Assembly: GCF_030028105.1 (NCBI RefSeq)
Contig: NC_092379.1
Location: forward strand, 22,745,130 to 22,809,129
Length of the DNA stretch: 64,000 bases
Direction of reading: 5' to 3'
Source of the DNA: Mobula birostris
Taxonomy: Eukaryota
A program made the translations under genes and the position numbers. The notes under the pieces are model-generated. The model was not told the DNA's origin and did not search any database. It was given only the letters and a program-made list of their open reading frames with translations. Positions 1-12,214 of the stretch are shown here, piece by piece (positions within the stretch are counted from its first letter, which is position 1; every line of letters begins with the position of its first letter).

Positions 1-385
1 CATGCCAAAACCATTCCTCACCATCCTATCTAACCCTGATAGCACACTCAGTGAACCATGAGCTTGATCTCCAAGGTCCCTCTGTTCTACAGCAGTATCT
101 GGGGCCCCATCATTTACCATGAAAGTCCTACCTTGGTTTTACTTTCCAAAATGCAATACCTCACACTCATCTGAATTAAAACCCAGATGCTACTGGTCTG
201 TCCATTTGCTCAGCTAATCACCATACTCCTGTAAGTTTTGATCATTTTCTTCACAGTTCATTCTACAATTTACTTTAAGGTAAACTACAAACTTACTAAC
301 GATACCTTGTACATTCTTATCCAAATCTTTGATATGGATGACAAACAGCAAATGGCCCAACGTTGACCCCTGAGGTACACCATTT
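1..385 (-). mobile_element. CR1-like LINE ORF2 (RT region) fragment
   Basis: Degenerate sequence resembling the antisense of the CR1 RT copies elsewhere in this window; no intact ORF. Confidence 0.5.
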
Positions 386-389
386 GTCT

Positions 390-920
390 GGACCTACCCC
401 CTGCAGACCCACAACTCTGTGGCCAGGTACAGCACCAACTCATCAACGGAGCTGCTGTAGAAATATTCAACAACTTCAAGTTCCTCGGCACCCAATTCAC
501 CAGCAACCTCACCAGGTCCCTTCACACTGATGACGTGATCAAGAAAGCTCATTAGCATATTCCCTTTTGTAGGTGTCAAATATTTAATATGTCTGCCAGG
601 AATCTCTCAAATTTCTACAGACTCACATAGAAAGCATTTGGACAGGTTGCATCACACTCCTGTACGGCAGCTGCTCGGCTCCTGACCGTCTGAACCTGAA
701 GAGAGTGCTAAACACAGCCCAGTCCATCAGAGGCTTGTTCATTCCTCTCATCCAGTCCGTCTTCATCGTGCATTGTCTCAGGAAGACTCGTGGTATTTTC
801 AAGGTTGCATACCATGCTGAACATTCCCTTTTCAGTCTTCTACCTTTTGGAGAATGTCAAGAAGCTGGAAAATTGGAACGTTCGGACTGAAGAACATCTT
901 TTCCCCTTGATATCACTCTA
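390..920 (+). mobile_element. Rex/Babar- or L2-like LINE 3' fragment
   Basis: Degenerate translation resembling the RT C-terminus of this clade (..FKFLGTQFTSNL..VIKKAH..). Confidence 0.45.
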
Positions 921-1350
921 CTGAGCTGATCAATTCTTTCACATCTCCTTCCTGGTGGTGTTGCCACGTTCTCAAACCATTCTCTTCTTTATTCTGTTTC
1001 TGTCCATGTAGTGTGTTGTTTTGTGGCATTCCCTCACACTGCACAACAATCCTTGTGCTGTTTCTCAGCTTATAAATGTGGATAGCGGCTAGTGAGTGAG
1101 TGGGCCAGTGAAGGAGTGGAGCTTTGAGGCTTTGACTCGAGAGATTCTAGCAGTTTTTGGCAGTTGGACAGTGCAATCAAGTCAAAAAAGATCTGAATAG
1201 CTCAGCAGAAAGCAGTTAATTAGACAATCAAGGTTTGAGTAGCTCATACAGCAGAAAGCAGCTGATTGGGCAATCGAGGTCAGATGGCCAAGCAGTTTGA
1301 ACAGCTCAAACAAATAAATAGAGGGGTAGCTCAAGCAGAGCGGCCAGTGA

Positions 1351-2391
1351 GTGAGGGGGCCAGTGAAGGAGTGGAGCTTTGAGGCTTTGACTCGAGAGGC
1401 TTCGACGAGAAGAGGCAGAGGATGGACTTGCTCCCAGTTAGGCATTGCAGTGCCTCCTGAGATGGTGATGTTACTCTCATGTCAGATGTGGCAATCTTGG
1501 GGGAACTCCCCTCTCCCGCAGAGTCACATCTGCCAGAAGTGCATGCGGCTGGGTGATCTGGAAGACCATGTAAGGAATCTGGAGCAGCAGCTGGATGACC
1601 TTCGATTCGTAAGGGAGAATGAGGCAGTCATAGATGAGAGCTACAGGGAGGTAGTCACACCTAGGCTGCCAGAAGCAGGTCGTTGGGTGACAGTCAGAGG
1701 GGGGAAAGTGAAGGTGAGTAAACAGGTAGTGCAGAGCACCCCTGTAGCCATTCCCCTGAATAATAAGTTTACCGTCTTGGGTACGGTTGGCGGGGATGAC
1801 CGACCAGGTGTGAGCCACGGTGGCAGGGCCTCTGGCACTCAGTCTGACCCTGTAGTGCAGAAGGGTGGGAGGGAGAAGAGGAGAGCTGTCATCACTGGAG
1901 ACTCTATAGTCAGGGGAGCAGACAGGAGATTTTGTGGACATGAGAAGGACACCCGCATGGTTTGTTGCCTCCCGGGTGCCAGGGTCCGGGATGTATCTGA
2001 CCGGGTGCACAACATCATGATACAAGAGGGAAAGCAAGCAGAAGTGGTGATACATGTTGACACCAACGACATAGGCAGGAAGAGGGATGAGGTCCTGAAG
2101 TGTGAGTTTCGGAAACTAGGCAGAAGGCTGAAAAATAGGACCTCAAGGGTGGCGTTCTCAGGATTGCTGCCAGTGCTACGTGATAGTGATAGTAAGAATT
2201 GGAGGAGACGGCAGTTGAGTGCATGGCTGAGGAGTTGGTGTAGGGGGCAGGGTTTTAGATTTTTGGATCATTGGGATCTCTTCGGGGGAAGGTGGGACCA
2301 GTACAGATTGGATGGGTTGCACCTGAACTCGAGGGGGAGAAATATCCTTGCAGGTAGGTTTGCTAGCATGGTTCGGGAGGGTTTAAACTAA
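1351..2391 (+). CDS. CR1 ORF1 protein: Cys/His zinc-finger-like motif, coiled coil, SGNH esterase-like domain
   Basis: 346-aa open frame with HICQKC..LEQQLDDL, GDSIVRG, HVDTNDIG and DGLHLN motifs; true start probably near 1450. Confidence 0.85.
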   Translation: MRGPVKEWSFEALTREASTRRGRGWTCSQLGIAVPPEMVMLLSCQMWQSWGNSPLPQSHICQKCMRLGDLEDHVRNLEQQLDDLRFVRENEAVIDESYREVVTPRLPEAGRWVTVRGGKVKVSKQVVQSTPVAIPLNNKFTVLGTVGGDDRPGVSHGGRASGTQSDPVVQKGGREKRRAVITGDSIVRGADRRFCGHEKDTRMVCCLPGARVRDVSDRVHNIMIQEGKQAEVVIHVDTNDIGRKRDEVLKCEFRKLGRRLKNRTSRVAFSGLLPVLRDSDSKNWRRRQLSAWLRSWCRGQGFRFLDHWDLFGGRWDQYRLDGLHLNSRGRNILAGRFASMVREGLN

Positions 2392-2426
2392 TTTGCGAGG
2401 GGGATGGGACCCAGAGCGATAAAGCA

Positions 2427-5296
2427 GTGAAAGAAGTGCATGGAGTAAAGCCAGATCTAACATATAGAGAGGCTTTGAGGAAAGAGAAGCAGCATAAACG
2501 GTGTAAAGACAGTAAGGTAGAAGGGCTGAAATGTGTGAACCTCAATGCAAGAAGCATCAGGAACAAAGGTGATGAACTGAGAGCTTGGATACATACATGG
2601 AATTATGATGTAGTGGCCATTACAGAGACTTGGCTGGCACCATGGCGGGAATGGATTCTCAATATTCCTGGATTTCAGTGCATTAAAAGGGATAGAGAGG
2701 GGTGGAAAGGGGAGGAGGGGTGGCATTACTGGTGAGGGATACTATTACAGCTACAGAAATTGTGGGTAATGTAGCAGGATCCTCTTTTAAGTCAATAAGG
2801 GGGGAAGTCAGGAACAGGAAGGGAGCAGTTACTCTACTGGGGGTATTCTATAGGCCCCCTGGTAGCAGCAGAGATACAGAGGAGCAGATTGGGAGGCAGA
2901 TTTTGGAAAGGTGCAAAAATAACAGGGTTGTTATCATGGGTGACTTTAACTTCCCTAATATTGATTGGCACCTGATTAGTTCCAAGGATTTAGATGGGGC
3001 AGAGTTTGTTAAGTGTGTCCAGGATGGATTCCTGTCACAGTATGTGGACAGGCCGACGAGGGGGAATGCCATATTAGATCTAGTACTAAGTAATGAACTG
3101 GGTCAGGTCAGAGATCTCTCAGTGTGTGAGCATCTGGGGGACAGTAACCACCACTCCCTGGCCTTTAGCATTATCATGGAAAAGGATCAGAGAGGACAGG
3201 AAAATTTTTAATTGGGGAAAGGCAAATTATGAGGCTATAAGGCTAGGACTTGCGGGTGTGAATTGGGACGATGTCTTTGCAGGGAAATGTACTATGGATA
3301 TGTGGTCGATGTTTAGAGATCTCTTGCAGGATGTTAGGGATAAATTTGTCCCGGTGAGGAGGATAAAGAATGGTAGGGTGAAGGAACCATGGGTGACAAG
3401 TGTGGTGGAAAATCTAGTCAGGTAGAAGAAGGCAGCATACATGAGGTTTAGGAAGCAAGGATCAGATGGGTCTATTGAGGAAAATAGGGAAGCAAGAAAG
3501 GAGCTTAAGAAGGGGCTGAGAAGAGCAAGAAGGGGGCATGAGAAGGCCTTGGCGAGTAGGGTAAAGGAAAGCCCCAAGGCGTTCTTCAATTATGTGAAGA
3601 AAAAAAGGATGTCAGGAGTGAAGGTAGGACTGATTAGAGATGAAGGTAAGAAGATGTGCCTGGAGGCCGTGGAAGTGAGCGAGGTCCTCAATGAATACCT
3701 CTCTTCAGTATTCACCAATGAGAGGGAACTTGATGATGGTGAGGACAATATGAGTGAGGTTGATGTTCTGGAGCATGTTGATATTAAGGGAGAAGAGGTG
3801 TCGGAGTTGCTAAAATACATTAGGACAGATAAGTCCCCAGGGCCTGACAGAATATTCCCCAGGCTGCTCCACGAGGCAAGGGAAGAGATTGCTGAGCCTC
3901 TGGCTAGGATCTTTATGTCCTCGTTGTCCACGGGAATGGTACCGGAGGTTTGTAGGGAGGGGAATGTTGTCCCCTTATTCAAGAAAGGTAGTAGGGATAG
4001 TCCGGGTAATTATAGACCAGCGAGCCTTACGTCTGTGGTGGGAAAGCTGTTGGAAAAGATTCTTAGAGATAGGATCTATGGGCATTTAGAGAATCATGGT
4101 CTGATCAGGGACAGTCAGCATGGCTTTGTGAAGGGCAGACCATGTCTAACAAGCCTGATAGAGTACTTTGAGGAGGTGACCAGGCATATAGATGAGGGTA
4201 GTGCAGTGGGTGTGATCTATATGGATTTTAGGAAGGCATTTGACAAGGTTCCACATGGTAGGCTTATTCAGAAAGTCAGAAGTCATGGGATCCAGGGAAG
4301 TTTGGCCAGGTGGATTCAGAATTGGCTTGCCTGCAGAAGACAGAGGGTGGTGGTGGAGGGAGTACATTCAGATTGGAGGATTGTGACTAGTGGTGTCCCA
4401 CAAGGATCTGTTCTGGGACCTCTACTAATGACCTGGATGTGGGGGTAGAAGGGTGGGCTGGCAAGTTTCCAGATGACACAAAGGTTGGTGGTGTTGTAGA
4501 TAGTGCAGAAGATTGTCGAAGATTGCAGAGAGACATTGATGTGATGCAGAAGTGGACTGAAAAGTGGCAGATGGAGTTCAACCCGGAGAAGTGTGAGGTG
4601 GTACACTTTGGAAGGACAAACTCCAATGCAGAGTACAAAGTAAATGGCAGGATACTTGGTAGTGTGGAGGAGCAGGGGGATCTGGGAGTACATGTCCACA
4701 GATCCCTGAAAATTGCCTCACAGGTAGATAGGGTAGTTAAGAAAGCTTATGAGGTGTTAGCTTTCATAAGTTGAGGGATAGAGTTTAAGAGTCGTGATGT
4801 AATGATGCAGCTCTATAAAACTCTGGTTAGGCCACACTTGGAGTACTGTGTCCAGTTCTGGTCGCCTCACTATAGGAAGGATGTGGAAGCATCGGAAAGG
4901 TTACAGAGGAGACTTACCAGGATGCTGCCTGGTTTAGAGTGTATGCATTATGATTGGAGATTAAGGGAGCTAGGTCTTTACTCTTTGGAGAGAAGGAGGA
5001 TGAGAGGAGACATGATAGGGGTGTACAAGATAATAGGAGGAATAGATAGAGTGGATAGCCAGCACCTCTTCCCCAGGGCACCACTGCTCAATACAAGAGG
5101 ACATGGCTTTAAGGTAAGGGGTGGGAAGTTCAAGGGGGATATTAGAGGAAGGTTTTTCACTCAGAGAGTGGTTGGTGCGTGGAATGCACTGCCTGAGTCA
5201 GTGGTGGAGGCAGATACACTACTGAAGTTTAAGAGACTACTAGACAGGTATATGGAGGAATTTAAGGTGGGCGGTTATATGGGAGGCAGGGTTTGA
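2427..5296 (+). pseudogene. CR1 ORF2 (endonuclease-reverse transcriptase), disrupted
   Basis: Split over ORFs 2427-2735, 2702-3211, 3093-3425, 3441-4448, 4439-4774 and 4802-5296 by frameshifts and stops. Confidence 0.9.
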
Positions 5297-5394
5297 TGGT
5301 CGGTACAACATTGTGGGCCAAAGGGCCTGTAATGTGCTGTACTATTCTATGTTCTATGTTTAAACAGTCTTTCCAGTGAGGCTCAGATTTCCAG

Positions 5395-5790
5395 GCACCT
5401 CATCCATTGTTGACTATTGCATTCAGTGCTCTCAAGGTGACCCAAGTGCCGACTGGGAAACCACTTTAACAAACACCTGCACTCCAGCCACAATGGCCAT
5501 CGATAGCTCCCACTTGCAGCCATTTTAATTCCTCTCCCCATTGCCACAGCAAGCTGTCTGGTCTTGGCATCATTCAGTGCAACGGTGAGGCTAAATACAA
5601 GCTAGAGGAATGGAACCCCGTGTTCTATTTGAGACATCTACAGTCCGATATCCCAAATACTGTAATTTCAGGTCAACTTCGCCTCCTCTGTCCCCTTTTC
5701 TCTCTCATCCTGATCTATCCAGATCCTCTCATGTACATCCATCTTTCCCAACTCCCCAACCCCTACGTGACCCCAGAGGAATTGTTTATT
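5395..5790 (+). mobile_element. Penelope-like element fragment (GIY-YIG C-terminal region)
   Basis: Degenerate ..YCIQCSQ..HFNSSPHCHSKLS..GEAKYKLEE.. similar to the copy at 51185-51350. Confidence 0.55.
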
Positions 5791-6960
5791 TCTGACAAGC
5801 AAATTTTAAGGGAGATCAAGCAGCAGTGCCGTGGTCTCTTGGTCATCGTGGAGAGTGGACGTTAGAGTGAGGTGGACTTTTTTCTGATACTGCACTTAGT
5901 TTTCAACCTTAAGATGTCAAATTTCCTCAGCTCTGGTGAAAAGCTTGTGAAATTTGTTTGTTTTTCTGCACAGACACTGCCTGTCCTGTAATTTCAGTAG
6001 TTTTTAACTCTTATTTGCAAAATGTGCTGTTATTTGTCCATCAGTGATGATTTCATTCTTCCTGTTGCAGTTCAGATGCTAATTTTGTCTGAAGCCGATT
6101 TGATTGGAACAATTTGTTACCCTGCAATAATAACTGCAACCACTAGGGGTCAGAGGACCACCTCCAAATATTCAAACTGATTGTTGTAATACTAACCGAC
6201 AGCCACTGGGTGTCAGTGTATCAGTCAGACAGAGAGGGTGGAAGATGTGGGTCAAACACAGTTCCTGAGTCTGAAGGAGATCTTCAGATGAATATGTCAC
6301 ATTGAAATATGTCTTTCTGTCACATCCTAAATGCAGGATTGTTGGTATGTTAATTATCCACAGTAAATTGCACTTGCATTTGGAGAGTCAGAGAGTCAAG
6401 GAGCATGGAAACAGGCCCTTCGGCCCAACTTGTCCATGCTGACCGAGATGCCTATCCAAGCTAGTCACATTGACAGCATTTTGTGGGAACTTTTCCTATC
6501 CATTTCCCTCTCGATTTTTTGCATCTCTACAAAATCTCCACTCAGTCTCCTGCAAGCCGAAGTTTTTCACCGGATCTAAGCTGGAGATTGCTAGAGATTT
6601 AATAAACAAGCACAGTATCCGAAGAACATCCCATCTCACTGTTATTTTGACTCCCCACAGTGACTGTGAATAAATTATATGTTCTGCAATCTGTATATTC
6701 ACTCCAAGGAAAGTCCTAGTTTAGACAGCCTCACCCTTTAACTCAGTCATGGCAACATCCCTGTAAATCTTTTCTGTACTCTTTCCAGATTAATAACATC
6801 TTTTCACCAGCAGGATGAATAAAAACTGAACAAAATACTCCAAATACAACCTCACCAGCACCTTGTACAATGTCACCATGTGCTCCCAATTTTTACACAC
6901 AATACCAACAGTCTTCTTCACCACCCTGTCTACATGTGACTCCACTTTCAGTGACCATAT

Positions 6961-8950
6961 AGACCATAAGATATTGGAGCGGAACTAGGCCATCAGCGGA
7001 CTGGGTCCATTCTGCGCTTTGATCATGGCTGATCCATTTCCCTCACAATCCCACTCTCTTACCTTCTCCCCATAACATTTCACACCCTGACTTAGCGGGA
7101 ATTTATCAGCCTCCATTTTAAATACACTCAGTGACCTGGCCTCCATAACTGCATGTGAAAACTAATTCTACAGATTCACCACCCTTAGGCTGAAGAAATT
7201 GTTCCTCATCTCTGTTTTAAATGGACGTCCCTCTATTCTGAAGTTGTACCCTTTGGTCCTAGACTCCCCCACCATGGGGAACATCCTCTGCATATGTATT
7301 CTTATCTAGGCCTTTCAACATTCGATAGGTTTCAATGAGATCCCTCTCATTCTTCTAAATTCCAACAAGTACAGGCCCAGAGCGATCAAATGCTCCAAAT
7401 ACGATTAGCCTTTCAATCCCAGAGTCATTTTCATGAACCTCCTTTGAACTCTGCCCAATGTCAACGCATCCTTACTTAGGTAAGGGGCCCAAAGCTGCTC
7501 TCAACTCTCCGAGTGAGACTACACCAATGCCTTATAAAACCCCAGAATTACATCCTTGTTTTTATATTCTAGTCCTCTGAAATGAATGGTAACATTGTAT
7601 TTGTTTTCCTCACCACTGACCTACAATTTAAACTTCAGGGAATTCTGCACGAGAACTCCTAAGTCCCTTTGCATCTTGGATTTTTGAGTATTCTCCCCGT
7701 TTAAAAATAGTTTACGCTTTTATTCCTTCTACCAAGGTACATAACTATACATTTCCCAACAGTATATTCCATCAACATTTCTGTGCCCATTCACTAATCT
7801 AAATCGTTCTGCAGCCTACCTGCTTCCTCAACAACAGCTGCCCCTCCACTTTTCTTCATATTGTCCACAAACTTGAACAAAAAGCCATCAATTCTGTCAT
7901 CCAAATCATTGACACAATGTAAAAAGAAGCGGTCCCAATACCGACCCCTGAGGAACACCATTAGTCACTGGCAGCCAGTCAGAAAAGGTTCCCTTTATTC
8001 CCACTCTCTGCCTCCTGCCAGTCAGCCAATGCTCTATCCATGCTAGTATCTTTCCTGTAATACCATGGTTCTTATCTCACTAAGCAGCCTCATGTGTGGC
8101 ACCTTGTCAAAGGTCTTTTAAAAATCCAAGCACACAATATCCACCAGCTCTCCTTTGTCTATCCTGTTGTTATTTCCTCAAAGAATTCCAATGGGTTTGT
8201 CAGACAAGATTTCCCCTTAAGGAAACCATGCTGACTTGACCATTTTATTACATGCCTCCAAGGACCTTGAAACATCATTCCCAACAATCGACTCCAATAC
8301 CTTCACAGCCAGTCAGGCCAGGCTAACTCGCCTATAATATTCTTTCTTCTGCCTCTCTCCCTTCTTGAAGAGTGGAGTGACATTTTCAACTTTCCAGTCC
8401 TCTAGAACCATGCCAGAATCTAGTGATTCTTGAAAATCATTGTTAATACCTCCACAATCACTTCAGCTGCCTCTTTCAGAAATCTAGGGTGTAATCCATC
8501 TGGTCCAGGTGACTTATTTACCTTCAGACCTTTCAGTTTCCCAAGCACCTTTTCCCTTATGCCCCATGGCACTCTCAAACCTCCGGCAAACTGTGAGCGT
8601 GTTCCACAGTGAAGACTGATGGAAAATATCTATTCAGTTCGTCTGCCATTTCCTTGTCCCCATTACTACCTCTCCAGTGTTATTTTCCAGTGGTCCGATA
8701 TCAACCCTCGCCTCACTTTTACACTTTATATATCTGAAAAATCTTTTGGTATCCCCTTTGATATTATTGGCTAGCTTACCTTCATATTTCATCTTTTCAC
8801 TACTTACAGCTTTTTTAGTTACCTTCTGTTGGTTTTTTAAAGCATCCCAATCCTCTAAATTCCCACTAGTTGTTGCTCTATCATATGCCCTTTCTTTTGC
8901 TTTTACGTTGCCTTTGACTTCCCTTGTCAGCCATGGGAATGTCATCCTAC
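6961..8950 (-). mobile_element. CR1 LINE, 3' part (RT to 3' UTR)
   Basis: Antisense RT sequence; ORF 8634-8945 (RFFRYIK..VDIGPLEN); 3' tail near 6961. Confidence 0.8.
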
Positions 8951-8984
8951 CTCCAGAACAGTTGCCATCGCTCCTCTGATTCAG

Positions 8985-10905
8985 AAGTTCGGATCAAACG
9001 AAGCACATGAGGAGTATAAATAAACCAGAAATGAACTAAAGAAAGGAATTAGGAAAGCTAGGAGGGGCCAAGGAAAGCCTTGGGAAGTAGGATTAAGCTG
9101 AATCCCAAGGTATTCCGCACATACATCAAGAACAAGAGGATAACTAGGGAGAAGGTAGGGCTACTCATGGATAAAGAGGGAAACATTAGATTGGATGTGG
9201 AGAAGGTGTCTGAGGTACTTATTGAGTACTTTGCTACAGTATTTCCCAAGGAAAATGACATGGAGGAGCAGGAGATCAGAGCTGAGTGTGTAGATATGTT
9301 AGGGTGTTTGGAGGTTAAGGAAAAGGAAGTGTTGGATCTCCTAATGAGTATTAGGGTGGATGATGGGATTTACCCCAGGTTATTGATGGAGGCAAGAGAT
9401 GAGATTGCTGGGCCCTTAACCAGTATCTTTGTTTCTTTTCTAGGCACAGGCAAGGTCCCAGATCACTGGCAATTAGCTAATGTTGTACCTCTATTTAAGA
9501 AGGGAACAAGGGAAAATCCTGGGAACTATAGAACAGGGAGTCTCATGTCAGTTGTAGGGAACTTCTTATGGATAGGATATATGAGTATGTGGAAATCCAT
9601 TGCCTAACTCGGGAGGGCCAGCATGGTTTTGTGTAGGGCAGGTCATGTCTTACCAACTTGACTGAATTTTTACGGGGTGACGATAGATCGATGATGATGG
9701 GCAGGGGATGTTCTGTCCATGGATTTTAGTAAGGCATTTGACAATGTCTCTACTGGGAGTCTAATCAAGAAAATTAGGATGCATGGGGTCCGTGGTGAAT
9801 TGGGTGTTTCGATTCAGAACTAGCTTGCACAGAGAAGACTGAGGGTTTTGATCAAAGGGACATATTCGAGCTGGAGGTCTGTAACTCGTGATGTTCTGCA
9901 GGGATCTGTGCTGGTACTTCTGCTGTTTGTGATGTATATAAATGACCTGGATGGAAATGTAGATGGGTGGGTTAGTAAGTTTGCAGATGATACCAAGATC
10001 GGTGGAGTTGTGGATAGTGTAAAAGACTGGCAAAGAATACAGCACGATATAGATCATTTGCAGATATGGGCAGAGAAATTGCAGATGGAGTTTAACCCAG
10101 ATAAATATGAGGTGTTGCACCTTGGTAGGGCAAATGCAAGGAGACAGTACATTGTTTAGGGCGAGACCCTTAACAGTGTTGCTGAGCAGAGAGATCTTGG
10201 GGTCCAAGTTCATAGCTCCTTGAAAGTGGCTACAAAGGTGGATAGGGTGGTTAAGAAGGTTAATGGAATGCTTGCTTTTATCAGTTGAGACACTGAGTTC
10301 AAAAGTCAAGGGGTTATGTTGCAATTTTATGAAATTCTGGTTCGGCCACACTGGAGGATTGGATACAGTTCTGGTCACCCCACTATAGGAAGGATGTTGA
10401 GGCTTTGGGGAGGGTCAAAAGAGGTTTAACAGGTTGCTGTCTGGTTTTGAGGGAATGTGCTATCATGAGAGGCTAAACAAACATGGGCTGTTTTCTTTGG
10501 AGGGGTGGTGGCCAAGGGGAGGTCTGATAGTGGTTTAAAAGGTTATGAGAGGCATAGATAGAGTCAACAGGGTATCTTTTTCCCAGGGTAGAGATGTCTA
10601 ATACCAGAGGGCATGCATTGAAGGTGAGAGGACATAGGTTCAAAGGGGATGTGAGGGGTAAGTTTTTTACTCAGAGAGTGGTGGATGTCTGGAATGTGTT
10701 GCCTGGTATGGTGGTGGAGGCAAATACATTAGAGATTTCTGAGAGACATTTGGATAGGCACATGAATATGAGGAAATGGATGGATATGGACATTGTGTAG
10801 GCAGGAGGGATTAGTTTTAGGGGATCTTTGATTTACTTTTTAGCTGGTTCAGCACAACATTGTGGGCTGAAGGGTCTGTTCCTGTGCTGTACTGTTCTGT
10901 TCTGA
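8985..10905 (+). mobile_element. 5'-truncated CR1 LINE inserted antisense into another CR1
   Basis: ORFs 9080-9607 and 9848-10159 (VLQGSVL..YINDLD..KFADDTK); 3' tail ctgtactgttctgttctg near 10888-10905. Confidence 0.85.
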
Positions 10906-11450
10906 TAAATGTGACTTTAGCTTCTCCCTTTCAAGTTGTGGGGTGAATTCTATCATAATTTGATAACTGGCTCCTAAGGGTTCCTTTACCTTGAGCTCCC
11001 AAATCCAATCTGGTTCATACACAACACCCAATCCAGGATAGCTGATCCCCAAGCTGGCTTAAGCATGAGCTGCTCTAAAAATCCATCTTGTACACATTCC
11101 ACCAATTCTCTCTCTTGGAATCGAAAATCAGCAACAAACCTAATTTTCCCAATCTACCTGCATTTTGAAATCCTCCATAACTATCATAACTTTGCTCTTT
11201 TGACTTGAGTTTTCCATTTCCCATTGTAATTTGCAGCCCACATCCTGGCTGCTGTTTGGAGGCCTGTATATAACTCCCTTCAGGATCTTTTTACCCTTGC
11301 AGTTCCTTAATTCTACCCACAATGATTCAACATCTTCCATGCCACCCCCTCTGCCTACCTGCCTATCCTTCTGATACAATGTGTATCCTTGGATGTTAAG
11401 CTCCGAACTATAATCTTCTTTTATCCAGATGTCTGAAATCCTGCCCTTTG
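10906..11450 (-). mobile_element. CR1 endonuclease region; likely the 5' continuation of the 6961-8950 copy
   Basis: ORF 11140-11379 (ESLWVELRNCKG..GVIYRPPNSS..DFKMQVDW). Confidence 0.7.
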
Positions 11451-11579
11451 TATGAGTTTCTCCGCCATAGTTTCATCTGCCAACTCATGCTATTTTTATC
11501 TTCACAGGCATGTGACACAGGCAGAAATCCAAAGATTACTGCACTGGAGGTCCTATTGTCAGCTTTCTATATGAACTCC

Positions 11580-12005
11580 TGTCGTGGTTTTACAACTGAC
11601 AAGGAAGCGCCGAAGATTCTTCAAGAGATGTTTAAACTTTAATTTGCAAAGTAAAGCTGAGACAGACAGCGGACTGGCCTGTGTAAGTCTGTCACTGACT
11701 GTCCTTTTTTCGTTTTCACACAGCATTCTTTATAGCCCCCTTCTGCGTTAACAGCATTACTCTAGCTAATAAATCAATTACTCTTATCTCTCTTACTTGG
11801 CCACATTCGTTTTTCTTGAGGGGTTAAAAGTACACAGGTTTCATTCAATGGTTATATCCCAAATACCACAGCAATCCCACACTCTCAGTAACAGACACTT
11901 AATTCATAGTAACGGTGTTGTCAACATCTGAATAAACACCTGATACGCAATAAAAACATACTTAAAATAAACACTTAGAAAACAGAGTTAAAATGTTTTC
12001 CAATA
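11580..12005 (-). repeat. ERV 3' LTR
   Basis: 426-bp direct repeat of 19301-19725, about 24 differences counted by eye; PPT adjacent. Confidence 0.95.
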
Positions 12006-12214
12006 TAATCCCTCCTTTGAGACTTACAAAGTCTCACATAGAGAGAGGAAACTTCGAGTACACACACAAAAGCTCAAATAAACTCCAGAATTTACTCCCA
12101 AATCTGGGCCAAACTATAATTTCTTGTGCTTAGAACTCAAAGTGTTCTCTCCCTACCTTCCTAGGCCACTGAGCAAAAAACCTGTCCCTTCATGTCTGAG
12201 ACAGGAAAAAAGAC

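Larger units (their letters stand above)
1090..5360 (+). mobile_element. Near full-length CR1 LINE (ORF1 + frameshifted ORF2)
   Basis: 5' UTR with ~55-bp direct repeats (~1090-1143, ~1346-1400); ORF1; ORF2 pieces encoding APE endonuclease (MGDFNFPNIDW, DLVL) and RT (YRPASLTS, QHGF, DFRKAFDKVPH, SGVPQGSVLGP, KFPDDTK); 3' tail ctattctatgttctatgtt at 5342-5360. Confidence 0.93.
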
